IMG/VR virus record: IMGVR_UViG_3300024518_000012
Source of the DNA: a virus
DNA: 40,523 nt
Strand: one strand, 5' to 3'
Both the position numbers and the translations under genes were made by a program. The notes below the pieces were generated by a model. It made no database searches and was not told where the DNA came from. It saw only the letters and a program-made list of their open reading frames with translations. Positions 32,791 to 40,523 of the stretch are shown here, one piece after another. Position 1 is the first letter of the stretch; every line of letters begins with the position of its first letter.

Positions 32791-33664
32791 GACAGGCATC
32801 CAGTGGACGGACGCCACCTGGAACCCGGTCACCGGGTGTTCCAAGGTGTCGGCAGGGTGCAAACACTGCTATGCCGAGAGGGTGTTCCCGAGGGTGTACG
32901 GTCGGGACACCATCGTGAAGGAAGGCGGGAAGCTCCGGGCCCCCAGGAGATTCACGGACGTGGTGTGCCACGAGGACCGCCTGGGCCAGCCCATCCGATG
33001 GAGGAAGCCCCGGAGGGTGTTTGTCAACTCCATGTCCGACCTGTTCCACGAGGATGTCCCGGACTCGTTCATTCTCCAGGTGTTCTCTGTCATGGCCGGG
33101 GCCTCCCACCACCAGTTCCAGGTTCTGACCAAGAGGCCTGAAAGGGCCCTGGCCTGGTTCGAGAGGCTGGGCCAGGCCCTCCAGGAGACACTGGAGACCG
33201 AGGTGGCCCCTAAGAGGTGGCCCCTCCCCAACGTCTGGATGGGGGTCTCGGTCGAGGACCAGGCCACGGCGGACGAGCGGATCCCGCTCCTCCTGGAGAT
33301 CCCGTCGGCCCTGAGGTTCATCTCGGCCGAGCCGTTACTGGGGGAGGTGGATCTCCGGATGCTGACGCAAAACTCCAACTGCCCGGAGTGTGGCTTCGGG
33401 GTCTCGGTGGACGAGGACGGGTGCTGCTCGTCCTGTGGCCACGATTCCATGGTCTATATCGACTGGGTCATTGTCGGCGGAGAGTCCGGACCGAAGGCCA
33501 GGCCGATGGACCCGGAGTGGGCTGGGGCCATCGTGGACCAATGCAAGGAGGCCGGGGTCCCGGTGTTCGTCAAACAACTGGGGGGATGGCCTGACAAGAG
33601 AGGCAACCCCGAGGACTGGGCCCTGGATCTGAGGGTGAGGGAGTGGCCGATATATGAGAAATAA
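32780..33664 (+). CDS. DUF5131 / phage Gp37-Gp68 family protein (294 aa)
   Basis: The N-terminus GIQWTDATWNPVTGCSKVSAGCKHCYAE is the family signature, with a Cx6CxxC three-Cys motif. GTG start follows GGAAGGGGG. An inserted CPECG...CCSSCGH ribbon is present. Confidence 0.8.
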   Translation: MGDKTGIQWTDATWNPVTGCSKVSAGCKHCYAERVFPRVYGRDTIVKEGGKLRAPRRFTDVVCHEDRLGQPIRWRKPRRVFVNSMSDLFHEDVPDSFILQVFSVMAGASHHQFQVLTKRPERALAWFERLGQALQETLETEVAPKRWPLPNVWMGVSVEDQATADERIPLLLEIPSALRFISAEPLLGEVDLRMLTQNSNCPECGFGVSVDEDGCCSSCGHDSMVYIDWVIVGGESGPKARPMDPEWAGAIVDQCKEAGVPVFVKQLGGWPDKRGNPEDWALDLRVREWPIYEK

Positions 33665-33872
33665 ATGGTTTATCGCTGGAGTCCTGGCCGCCCTGGTGGC
33701 CTTCATGGTCGGGATCTGGCTGGGGAATTACGGGGATCCACCCCAGCCCCTGGGGTGTCGTGTCTGGTTCGATTCTGAGGGAGGGGCCCATGTCAACGTG
33801 GACAGGCAGCCAGAGTGCAACCAGGCCATGTTGAGATGGGCCAGGGGGATGGTAGAGAGGAACGAGCCATGA
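33654..33872 (+). CDS. Small membrane protein (72 aa)
   Basis: TM segment is WFIAGVLAALVAFMVGIWLG. It overlaps the previous gene by 11 nt. Confidence 0.55.
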   Translation: MRNKWFIAGVLAALVAFMVGIWLGNYGDPPQPLGCRVWFDSEGGAHVNVDRQPECNQAMLRWARGMVERNEP

Positions 33873-34300
33873 GCAAGCTCCGAAACGTCCTGAACAGGGA
33901 GGCCAGGTACAGGGCCAAGATCCGGAAGCTCCAGGCCACGCTCCAGCAGTATGGGGACGTGGCTGGGCTGAACCCGATCAAGTATCCACAGGGGAGGAGG
34001 CTCCCCGATCCTGACCTGGAGCAGGACCCGGCTTTCCTGGCCTTCGAGTTGGAGTGTCTGACCACCACCATCGAGGGTTTGCGGGAAACGGGTCTATTAG
34101 CGCAAAATCGGGGAGGGGGAGAGTCTAGCCCTATAATGGACTTCCTGTCCTGGTGGACCAGGTGGCGGCACCTCACCATCCGGAGCCTGCCGCCGAAGTA
34201 CGGCGATGAACTGGACGCCCTGGTCCGCCGGTTGAGGGAGGCCCATGGCCAAGAGAAAGCCGAGGAAGGACCAGCCCATTGGGGAACCCCCGACCCCTGA
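33869..34300 (+). CDS. Hypothetical protein (143 aa)
   Basis: ATGA overlap. The N-terminus is basic and coiled-coil-like. Confidence 0.55.
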   Translation: MSKLRNVLNREARYRAKIRKLQATLQQYGDVAGLNPIKYPQGRRLPDPDLEQDPAFLAFELECLTTTIEGLRETGLLAQNRGGGESSPIMDFLSWWTRWRHLTIRSLPPKYGDELDALVRRLREAHGQEKAEEGPAHWGTPDP

Positions 34301-34664
34301 GACCCAGGAGGACCAGGAGGCCAGCCGCCTGAAGTCTGACCTGGCCAGACAGGAGGCCTACGAGCAGACCGGGCCGGACGAGGAGCAGAGGGACCGCCTG
34401 GTGGCCCTGGCCCTGAGGGAGGCCAGTTTCCTCCATGGCCGCCAGAACGAGGCCGTCCACGAGGCCCTCCAGAAGGCCCACCGGATCGGCCAAGGCCTGG
34501 AGCATATCGACCAGTTCACCGGCCACCAGTTGAAGGCCCTGGGGATGGTGATGGACAGGGTGGGCGGATCGGTCAGGGTGGCCCCCGAGGCCTCAGGAGA
34601 TGACGGGACCGAGTTCCTTCTGGGCTATGAGGCCTGGAAGTCTACCAAGGAGGAAAGCCAGTAA
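34245..34664 (+). CDS. Hypothetical protein; small terminase candidate by position only (139 aa)
   Basis: Basic N-terminus MAKRKPRK. It lies two genes upstream of terL. Confidence 0.3.
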   Translation: MAKRKPRKDQPIGEPPTPETQEDQEASRLKSDLARQEAYEQTGPDEEQRDRLVALALREASFLHGRQNEAVHEALQKAHRIGQGLEHIDQFTGHQLKALGMVMDRVGGSVRVAPEASGDDGTEFLLGYEAWKSTKEESQ

Positions 34665-35053
34665 TGCTATGCCAGTATCGAGACATTCTGAACATGGCCG
34701 ACGAGTGCGGAAGGGGTGACGCCCTATGGTTTGACGAGAACGGTGTCCCCCGGTTCTGCGACTTCCACCCCACCCGCCTGGCGGACATCTACGCCAGGAC
34801 TGCGATCCTCTGCCGGGTGGCCTGCCAGTCCTGTGGGAAAACCTTCATGATGGCCCAGAGCAAGGGACAACTGGAGAGGGTCAACGGGGCCTGGATGGAG
34901 GCCAAGCCATTCCCCACCGACCCTGACCTGATCGCCTTCGGTGACCCTCCATGTTGGGGGTGTAGCGGAGCCACCATGTCCTCGGACACCGTGAAGATCG
35001 TCCAGCGGTGGGCCTACGGGAAGGGCTACAAGTGGGAGAGGGTGGGTCTGTGA
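34664..35053 (+). CDS. Cys-rich hypothetical protein (129 aa)
   Basis: TAATG overlap preceded by AAGGAGGAAAGCC. 9 Cys, including CQSCGK and CWGCSG. Confidence 0.55.
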   Translation: MLCQYRDILNMADECGRGDALWFDENGVPRFCDFHPTRLADIYARTAILCRVACQSCGKTFMMAQSKGQLERVNGAWMEAKPFPTDPDLIAFGDPPCWGCSGATMSSDTVKIVQRWAYGKGYKWERVGL

Positions 35054-36594
35054 TCTCCGAGGCCAACAGGTTGGCCGCCCTCCGGGACCCCGAGTACCAC
35101 CGCTACTTGATGTTTGAATCGGTGGATCGAGTGATCCGCCGCAACCGCCGCCCCAGGGACCAGGCCAAGGGGCCGCCCCCGTCCCATCGCCTCCACGGCC
35201 TCCTCCGCGGCCCCCAGCCGGAGATCATCACCAGGGCTGAGATGGCCATCCGGGAGGCCAAGGGGGAGGTGATCGTCATCCGGATGTCCAGGCAGACCGG
35301 GAAGAACGAGCTCGAAGCCATGATGGAGGTCCGGGCCCTCTCCATCTGGAGGGCGATCCCTGGGTCCTGTTGGGTCAGGACGGCCCCCACCTACCAGCCC
35401 CAGATCGTCAACTCCAAGCTACGCCTGGACAAACACATTCAGGCCGACCCGTTGATCGACAAGTTCAGGAGGCGGGAGGGCTACATCTACGAGGTGGGGG
35501 AATGCCAGGTCCATTTCCTGTCCGCCGGGCCCACGGCCAACGTGGTGGGAGGAACGGCCAATATCTGCCTCTCCGTGGATGAGGCCCACAAGATCGACGC
35601 TGACAAGTTCGATGAGGACATTGCCCCATTCACCGCCTCGACCAATGCGCCGATTCTTATGTGGGGGGTGGGGGCTTGCAAGCAGGACATGCTCTACCGG
35701 TACCGACAGGACGCCGAGGGGACGGACCGCCTCATGGAGTACCCGGCCGCCATCTGGTGCGAGCAGTCCGAGGCATACGCCGGGCACTACGAGGCCAGGA
35801 TACGGGTCCTCGGATCCGATCACCCGATCATCAAGACCCAGTATGACCTGATAGACATCGAGGCAATCGGGGGCTACCTGGCCCCAGGCCAGCGATCCTC
35901 CCTGTTCAGCGGGGACCACCAGCGGATGGAGGGCCCCCGGAACTGGTGCCACTATGCCCTCCTGGTGGACATCGGCGGAGAGGCCGAGACAGAGGTCAAG
36001 GATCCTCTGGACCTGGAGGACAAGGGCGGCCGGGACGCCACCGTGGCCCTGGTGATCGAGTGGGACCTCCGGGAGTCCGTGGTCTACCCCTTCCAGCCCT
36101 GCCGGATCGTCCAGTCCAGGTGGTGGGTCGGGGCCGAGCATGACGCCGCCGAGGGTGACCTGATCGAGATGGCCCAACACTGGGGCGTAGAGGCTGGGGT
36201 GATCGACGCCAGGGGAGTGGGGGAGGCCACCGCCATGGCCGTCCACCGCCGTGTCCCGTGTATCGAGGCATACAAGGCCAACGCGGCCAGCGTCTCGGAG
36301 GACTGCTACGACCTTTTGGCTCGTATATCCAAGGGGGCGGTGAGGTACTATAGGGCCGACCCGGCCGAGGACAAGGAGCGGAGGGAGATGGAGGCCCAGG
36401 CCATCCACACCCAGTACCAGATCGGCGGCCATGACCTCATGAGGCTGGCCAAGCCCACGGGGGACGGTGCCTCGGTGAAGTATATAGACGGGATCAAGGC
36501 CCTGACCTACCTCCACCGTGCGGTCCCCGCTGGGGCCCTCGAAGGCGGCGGGATCATGTCAGGCTCCAGCAGGGTGGAGCTACCGGAGACCTAA
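35050..36594 (+). CDS. terL: Terminase large subunit (514 aa)
   Basis: GTGA overlap. Walker A-like SRQTGKNE and Walker B-like ICLSVDEAH are followed by a C-terminal nuclease-like half (LLVDIGGE..., VIDARGVG). It lies directly upstream of the portal. Confidence 0.85.
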   Translation: MISEANRLAALRDPEYHRYLMFESVDRVIRRNRRPRDQAKGPPPSHRLHGLLRGPQPEIITRAEMAIREAKGEVIVIRMSRQTGKNELEAMMEVRALSIWRAIPGSCWVRTAPTYQPQIVNSKLRLDKHIQADPLIDKFRRREGYIYEVGECQVHFLSAGPTANVVGGTANICLSVDEAHKIDADKFDEDIAPFTASTNAPILMWGVGACKQDMLYRYRQDAEGTDRLMEYPAAIWCEQSEAYAGHYEARIRVLGSDHPIIKTQYDLIDIEAIGGYLAPGQRSSLFSGDHQRMEGPRNWCHYALLVDIGGEAETEVKDPLDLEDKGGRDATVALVIEWDLRESVVYPFQPCRIVQSRWWVGAEHDAAEGDLIEMAQHWGVEAGVIDARGVGEATAMAVHRRVPCIEAYKANAASVSEDCYDLLARISKGAVRYYRADPAEDKERREMEAQAIHTQYQIGGHDLMRLAKPTGDGASVKYIDGIKALTYLHRAVPAGALEGGGIMSGSSRVELPET

Positions 36595-36598
36595 ACCC

Positions 36599-39118
36599 AT
36601 GTCGGATTCCGTGATCCTCTACGACAGCCGGGGGCGCAAGCTGGCCCAGTCCACCACGACCAGAACCCCCAGCGCGGTGGTGGGGAGTGGCGCCCCGATC
36701 ATGGGAGGCCAATTCCACTTTGACGAGCCACACGACGTCTCGACCCCCCAGACCAAACACGAGACCTATCGGAGGATGGTCACCCGGGACTCCTACATCG
36801 CGGAGGTCATCCGGACCAATACCCTCCCCCTGTTCACCTGTAACTGGAACCTGAACCCCGGGGTCTCCCCGCCACAGGACGGATCAGATCCCAATCCCGA
36901 GCAGAAGGAATCGGCCCTCCAGGCGGAGATGATCGAGGCCAACCTCTACGGGGCCGAGGGTGACACCTACGGCCGGGAGTTCTGGTCCACCACCTCGTGG
37001 TCCCAGAGGCTCCGGGAGATCCTGAAGTTCCTGGACCACGGGTTCTCGATCTTCCACAAGTCCTGGAAGGTGGTGGATGGCAAGCGAGTATTCGACCGTC
37101 TCCTGTGGCTGGAGCCTGAGTCCATCTGGCGGTGGGACGTTGCATCGGACGACAGCCTGGCGGGGGTGGAGAGGACCTACCGACACGCCGACGGCCGCCT
37201 GTCCCACGACCAATACATCCCGGTGGATGAGCTCGCCCTCTATGTCTGGGACATCGTGGGGACCAGGCTGGAGTCCGTCCCGCTGATCCGCTCCATGTAT
37301 GGCCCATGGAAACGGAAGGAGTTCCTGGACAGGTGCCGGATGATCGCCGCCCAGCGTGGGTCCGTGGGCCTACCGTATGCCACCTGGGATCCCAAGGAGA
37401 CGGCCAGCGATGACGACAAGACAGCCATCGAGGGGTTCCTCCAGTCCAGCATGGGGAAGGGCCTGGAGCACGCCTACCTCGGGGCCCCGATCCCCAGCCT
37501 GGTCATGAAGTACCTACAACAGGACCCGGGCCAGTTTGATAAGTTCATGACCATGGTTCAGGCCGAAAACCTGTCCTTTGCCCACGGCGGAGGATCGAAG
37601 GCCGGGATGCTGGGAGAACTGGCCGGGGGCTCCAGGTCCGTGGGCCAGGTCCAGCAGGAGATGACCTTCGTCATGGTGGAGGCCATCGGCCAGGTGGTGG
37701 CCGAGCAGGAGCGGAGAGGGGTGGCCAACGTACAGGGCCTGATCGAAGACCTGGCGGACACCAACTTCGCCACCGTGACCAGGCTCCCGGTCCTCGAAGT
37801 CTGCGACGTGGACCCCTTCGAGAAACAGCGGGAACTGGGCCTCCTGTATGAGGGGATGAAGGCCGGGGCCGTCAAGAGGCGGCCCAAGATCGAAAAGCAT
37901 GTCCTATCCAGGGTCGGGATTGACATGGACCTGGACGAACTGGAGGAGACGTCCGCCGCCTTCCCTGGGGCCATGCCACCCCCGGGCCAGCCGGGTGGGC
38001 CACCGATGCCTCCCGGCGGAGGCCTTCCCGGTGTCAACACCCCACCCCCACAGGCACCTCCGGCGCCACCGACCGGGGACGACCCAGGGGCAGCCAGGCC
38101 CGCCGGTCCTCAGGCCGCCGCGGTGTCCAGGTCCCAGACCCTTCGGGCCTCCATCGGTGAGATGTTCCAGGTCCCACGGAAGTCCCCCGGGGAACCCACC
38201 AGGGAGCCATCCGAATTCGAGGCCGTGGCCATGTCGGTGGGCCAGGTGTCCACCGCCATGACCCAGGGTGAGGAGAGGCTGACCTCCGTCTACAGGGCCA
38301 GCAATGCGGCCTTTGTTGTGGACATCATGGACAGGGGCCGGGCCGGGAAGATCGACCAGGGGACCCTCTCGGGCTTCCGGAGGTCCAAGCCCAAGGGGCG
38401 GGCCAAGTTCGTGACCCGGTCCAAAGAGACCTGGCTCTCCATCTCTACCATCGGCCGGACCCACGCCAGGGACGAACTGACCAGACAGCAGACCGAGGCC
38501 GCCAGGATCGAGGAGAGCCAGGACACCACCCCGTCCCTATTCGAGGGCCTCCACCTGGCCGAGGGTGACGGCCTGGGGCCTGGTGTGGGGGACGTCCTAC
38601 CGGCCGGGTCCACTCCGACCCTGACCGGGGAGACCATCGACATAGTCCTCTCCGATCTCCTGGGAGAGGTCGGAAACGAGGCCTTGGTCTCCTCCGAGAT
38701 CACGGTGGACAATATCTGGACACGGCTGGTAACCAGCACGGTCAACGAACACGACAGACTCACCAGGGCGGGGGTCACCGGGGACAGCCTATGGGACAGC
38801 ATCGAGTCCCACCTCGGGAGCCTGTCCGAGGGGCCCATCGAGTCGGCCGGGAGCCAGGGGTCCAATGTGGCCTACAACGCGGGGAGGGACGTGGAGGCCA
38901 AGGTGGCCGCCTCCGAGGGTGAGTCGGAATGGCTCCTCCGGTCGGAGCTTCTGGACGTCAACACCTGTGGACCATGCCGCCAACTGGACGGGACCCTGGT
39001 CAAGATCGGATCCGCCGGGGCCGAGGCCCTCCTCCCGCCTGCCCAGTGCCTGGGTGGGGACAGGTGCCGGGGGGTGATCGTCCCGGTGGCCAACAGCCTG
39101 GTGGAGGCGGCGGAGTAG
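36599..39118 (+). CDS. Portal protein (Mu gp29 / DUF935-like) fused to a MuF / SPP1 gp7-like head morphogenesis domain (839 aa)
   Basis: It follows terL. The N-terminal ~460 aa are portal-like and are followed by a Pro-rich linker (PPPGQPGGPPMPPGGGLPGVNTPPPQAPPAPP). The C-terminal motif NVAYNAGR...NTCGPCRQLDGTLV...CLGGDRCRGVIVP matches the Mu F C..C..ldG ... CRC pattern. Confidence 0.75.
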   Translation: MSDSVILYDSRGRKLAQSTTTRTPSAVVGSGAPIMGGQFHFDEPHDVSTPQTKHETYRRMVTRDSYIAEVIRTNTLPLFTCNWNLNPGVSPPQDGSDPNPEQKESALQAEMIEANLYGAEGDTYGREFWSTTSWSQRLREILKFLDHGFSIFHKSWKVVDGKRVFDRLLWLEPESIWRWDVASDDSLAGVERTYRHADGRLSHDQYIPVDELALYVWDIVGTRLESVPLIRSMYGPWKRKEFLDRCRMIAAQRGSVGLPYATWDPKETASDDDKTAIEGFLQSSMGKGLEHAYLGAPIPSLVMKYLQQDPGQFDKFMTMVQAENLSFAHGGGSKAGMLGELAGGSRSVGQVQQEMTFVMVEAIGQVVAEQERRGVANVQGLIEDLADTNFATVTRLPVLEVCDVDPFEKQRELGLLYEGMKAGAVKRRPKIEKHVLSRVGIDMDLDELEETSAAFPGAMPPPGQPGGPPMPPGGGLPGVNTPPPQAPPAPPTGDDPGAARPAGPQAAAVSRSQTLRASIGEMFQVPRKSPGEPTREPSEFEAVAMSVGQVSTAMTQGEERLTSVYRASNAAFVVDIMDRGRAGKIDQGTLSGFRRSKPKGRAKFVTRSKETWLSISTIGRTHARDELTRQQTEAARIEESQDTTPSLFEGLHLAEGDGLGPGVGDVLPAGSTPTLTGETIDIVLSDLLGEVGNEALVSSEITVDNIWTRLVTSTVNEHDRLTRAGVTGDSLWDSIESHLGSLSEGPIESAGSQGSNVAYNAGRDVEAKVAASEGESEWLLRSELLDVNTCGPCRQLDGTLVKIGSAGAEALLPPAQCLGGDRCRGVIVPVANSLVEAAE

Positions 39119-39193
39119 GCCCCACGGTCAGGCCCCCGGTTGAATCAGCGGATACTACCAAGCAATTCATTTCAGCAGCCCGAAAGGTTCTAA

Positions 39194-39355
39194 ATGTTCA
39201 ACCATAAGCTATACATTGCCCTCCTTGCCACGGCCAAGTGGTCCTTCCTGGAGGCCCGGACGGACCAGTTCTACGAGTATTTCGCGGCCTGGTTCTGGAA
39301 CAGCCATCAGTGGGCAATCGACATGTCCCCGGTGATCTGGTGGTGCCTCCTATGA
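39194..39355 (+). CDS. Small Trp-rich hypothetical protein (53 aa; below the ORF-track cutoff)
   Basis: ATG follows GAAAGG. Third-position GC is high. ATGA overlap with the next gene. Confidence 0.45.
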   Translation: MFNHKLYIALLATAKWSFLEARTDQFYEYFAAWFWNSHQWAIDMSPVIWWCLL

Positions 39356-39597
39356 GTGAATGTCAGGACCCCAACTGTCCAGACTGCCAGGCCGGGGCCA
39401 AGAGGCTGGACGAGATCCTGGCCGCCGAGAAGGCCTGTGATGGGATGGACACGCCTCCACCGACCATCCAGGCCACCCCGCCCCTGGTCACCGCCATGGT
39501 CCGCCACCTGGTCAGGAACGTGGCCACCCGTCGCAAGTTCATTGTGGCCCAGAGGGTATCCGGGTCCACGGTGGAGAATGCTGCCCCTCTTTGGTGA
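39352..39597 (+). CDS. Hypothetical protein with an N-terminal CPDC motif (81 aa)
   Basis: Trimmed from track ORF 39238..39597 to the ATG coupled with the upstream stop. Confidence 0.5.
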   Translation: MSECQDPNCPDCQAGAKRLDEILAAEKACDGMDTPPPTIQATPPLVTAMVRHLVRNVATRRKFIVAQRVSGSTVENAAPLW

Positions 39598-39639
39598 TTG
39601 AATCTCGTCTATATGGGCTAGTGAAAGCCAGATAGGCTC

Positions 39640-39669
39640 TGGACCTGTCCCTGGCCCCTGGCCTATACT
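39640..39669 (+). promoter_or_regulatory. Candidate promoter giving a leaderless protease/scaffold mRNA
   Basis: TGGACC, 18-nt spacer, TATACT (39664-39669). The ATG at 39677 lies 7 nt after the -10 and has no Shine-Dalgarno sequence. Confidence 0.3.
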
Positions 39670-39676
39670 GTGGCCC

Positions 39677-40523
39677 ATGGACATCCAGAAGGCCAGAGAC
39701 AACTGGGGCAGCCTGTGGGCTGAAACTGGCATGTTTGCCACCTTCCGCCCCGTCAGGGTTGAGTCCCAACCTCAGGAACTGAGGATCATCGAGGAGAGGC
39801 CCGGCCGAGGCGGCCGAGTCCAGATACCCCTGTCCCGGGTGACCCTCGGGGTGATCGCCAACCGGACCGCCGGGGGTGGTGAGGGGACCTTTGATCTGGA
39901 CCGCGCCATGTTCCAGGACGTGGTGGACAATTTCGGGAAGACCCCCGGACCTGTCCCCGTCTACTTTGGCCACATTCCCGCCAAGGATAGGGTGGACACC
40001 CCGGCCGTGGGGTTCATCGAGTCGGTCCACCTGGAGGGGGACTTCCTGTGGGGGACCCTCGACCTGGGCCCCAGGGCCTGGTCGGCCGTGGTCTCGGAGA
40101 GGGGCTTCCGGTCATTCTCGGTGGAGATCGACTTCGATAAGCCTATCCCCACCGGAGAGATCCCCGGGTTCTCTCTCGACGCCGGGGCCATCACCAACAC
40201 CCCGGCCCTGGACGTCGAATTTATAGCTGCAAGTGTCCCAGAGGCCGGGAAACCTGCTAGGATCCAACTGTCCGCGGCCATTCATGCGCCGCATTCGGAA
40301 CCCTTGGAGGAGATCGACATGGACCTGGCGAAGATCAAGGCAGCCGTGGAGCAGAAGATCAGGGCCCTCTCGGCCTTCCAAAGCCCCAATGAGGAGCAGG
40401 TCAAGGAACTGGCCCTCCAGCGGGCCACCCTGGCGGCCCTGGCCCCTCCGGCCCCGGCCCCGGTCAAGGCGGACACCAAGGCCGCCGAGGCCATGCTGGC
40501 CCTGACCAAGAGGGTCACGGACA
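39677..40523 (+). CDS. 5' part of the head maturation protease / scaffold (Mu gpI-like); continues at 60..478 after collapsing the repeat
   Basis: The frame is open to the window edge. PVYFGHIP...AVGFIESVHLEGDFLWGTLDL...RGFRSFSVEI resembles the Mu-like prophage protein I family. The C-terminal part is a coiled coil. Confidence 0.7.
   Translation, partial: MDIQKARDNWGSLWAETGMFATFRPVRVESQPQELRIIEERPGRGGRVQIPLSRVTLGVIANRTAGGGEGTFDLDRAMFQDVVDNFGKTPGPVPVYFGHIPAKDRVDTPAVGFIESVHLEGDFLWGTLDLGPRAWSAVVSERGFRSFSVEIDFDKPIPTGEIPGFSLDAGAITNTPALDVEFIAASVPEAGKPARIQLSAAIHAPHSEPLEEIDMDLAKIKAAVEQKIRALSAFQSPNEEQVKELALQRATLAALAPPAPAPVKADTKAAEAMLALTKRVTD
40465..40523. repeat. Right copy of the exact 59-bp terminal direct repeat
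   Basis: Identical to 1..59. Confidence 0.95.

Overview
The window is one complete, circularly closing genome of a GC-rich tailed dsDNA phage. Bases 1-59 are identical to 40465-40523, giving a unit length of 40,464 bp. One gene (head protease/scaffold) runs across that junction. About 53 genes are packed tightly, often with ATGA/GTGA/TAATG start-stop overlaps.

Layout:
- (i) Packaging, head and tail module on the + strand, 34245 -> junction -> 17105. It contains a large terminase, a portal fused to a MuF-like head-morphogenesis domain, a Mu gpI-like protease/scaffold, a DUF2190-like protein, an HK97-fold major capsid protein, a virion-morphogenesis protein and a tail tube protein. It continues with G/GT tail chaperones using a textbook -1 frameshift site, a 784-aa tape measure, a gpM-like protein, a 1452-aa gpL+gpJ-like fusion and a 1330-aa beta-helix protein.
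- (ii) Five small exported or membrane proteins (17117-18566) that look like a holin/spanin set without an endolysin.
- (iii) A leftward operon of five small genes (19825 -> 18563).
- (iv) A rightward early region (19951-34300). Four of its units are driven by near-identical sigma70-type promoters, and it uses a conserved GGAGAAAGCC-ATG-AC initiation region. It encodes an AAA+ (AAA_5/MoxR/CobS-like) ATPase plus a vWA (CobT/BchD-like) protein, an XRE HTH protein and an ERF annealing protein. It also encodes an M23 peptidase, a PD-(D/E)XK nuclease, RusA, a DUF5131 (Gp37/Gp68) protein and several secreted Cys-rich proteins.

I could not recognise an integrase, transposase, DNA polymerase, helicase, primase, tRNA, CRISPR array or reverse transcriptase.

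Codon usage (abundant AGG, GGG, CCC, CTC, GAG, AAG), GGAGG-type ribosome-binding sites and a possible leaderless gene are reminiscent of Thermus/Meiothermus-type hosts. That host guess is low-confidence inference.

All functional calls rest on motif recognition by eye. No database search was run.
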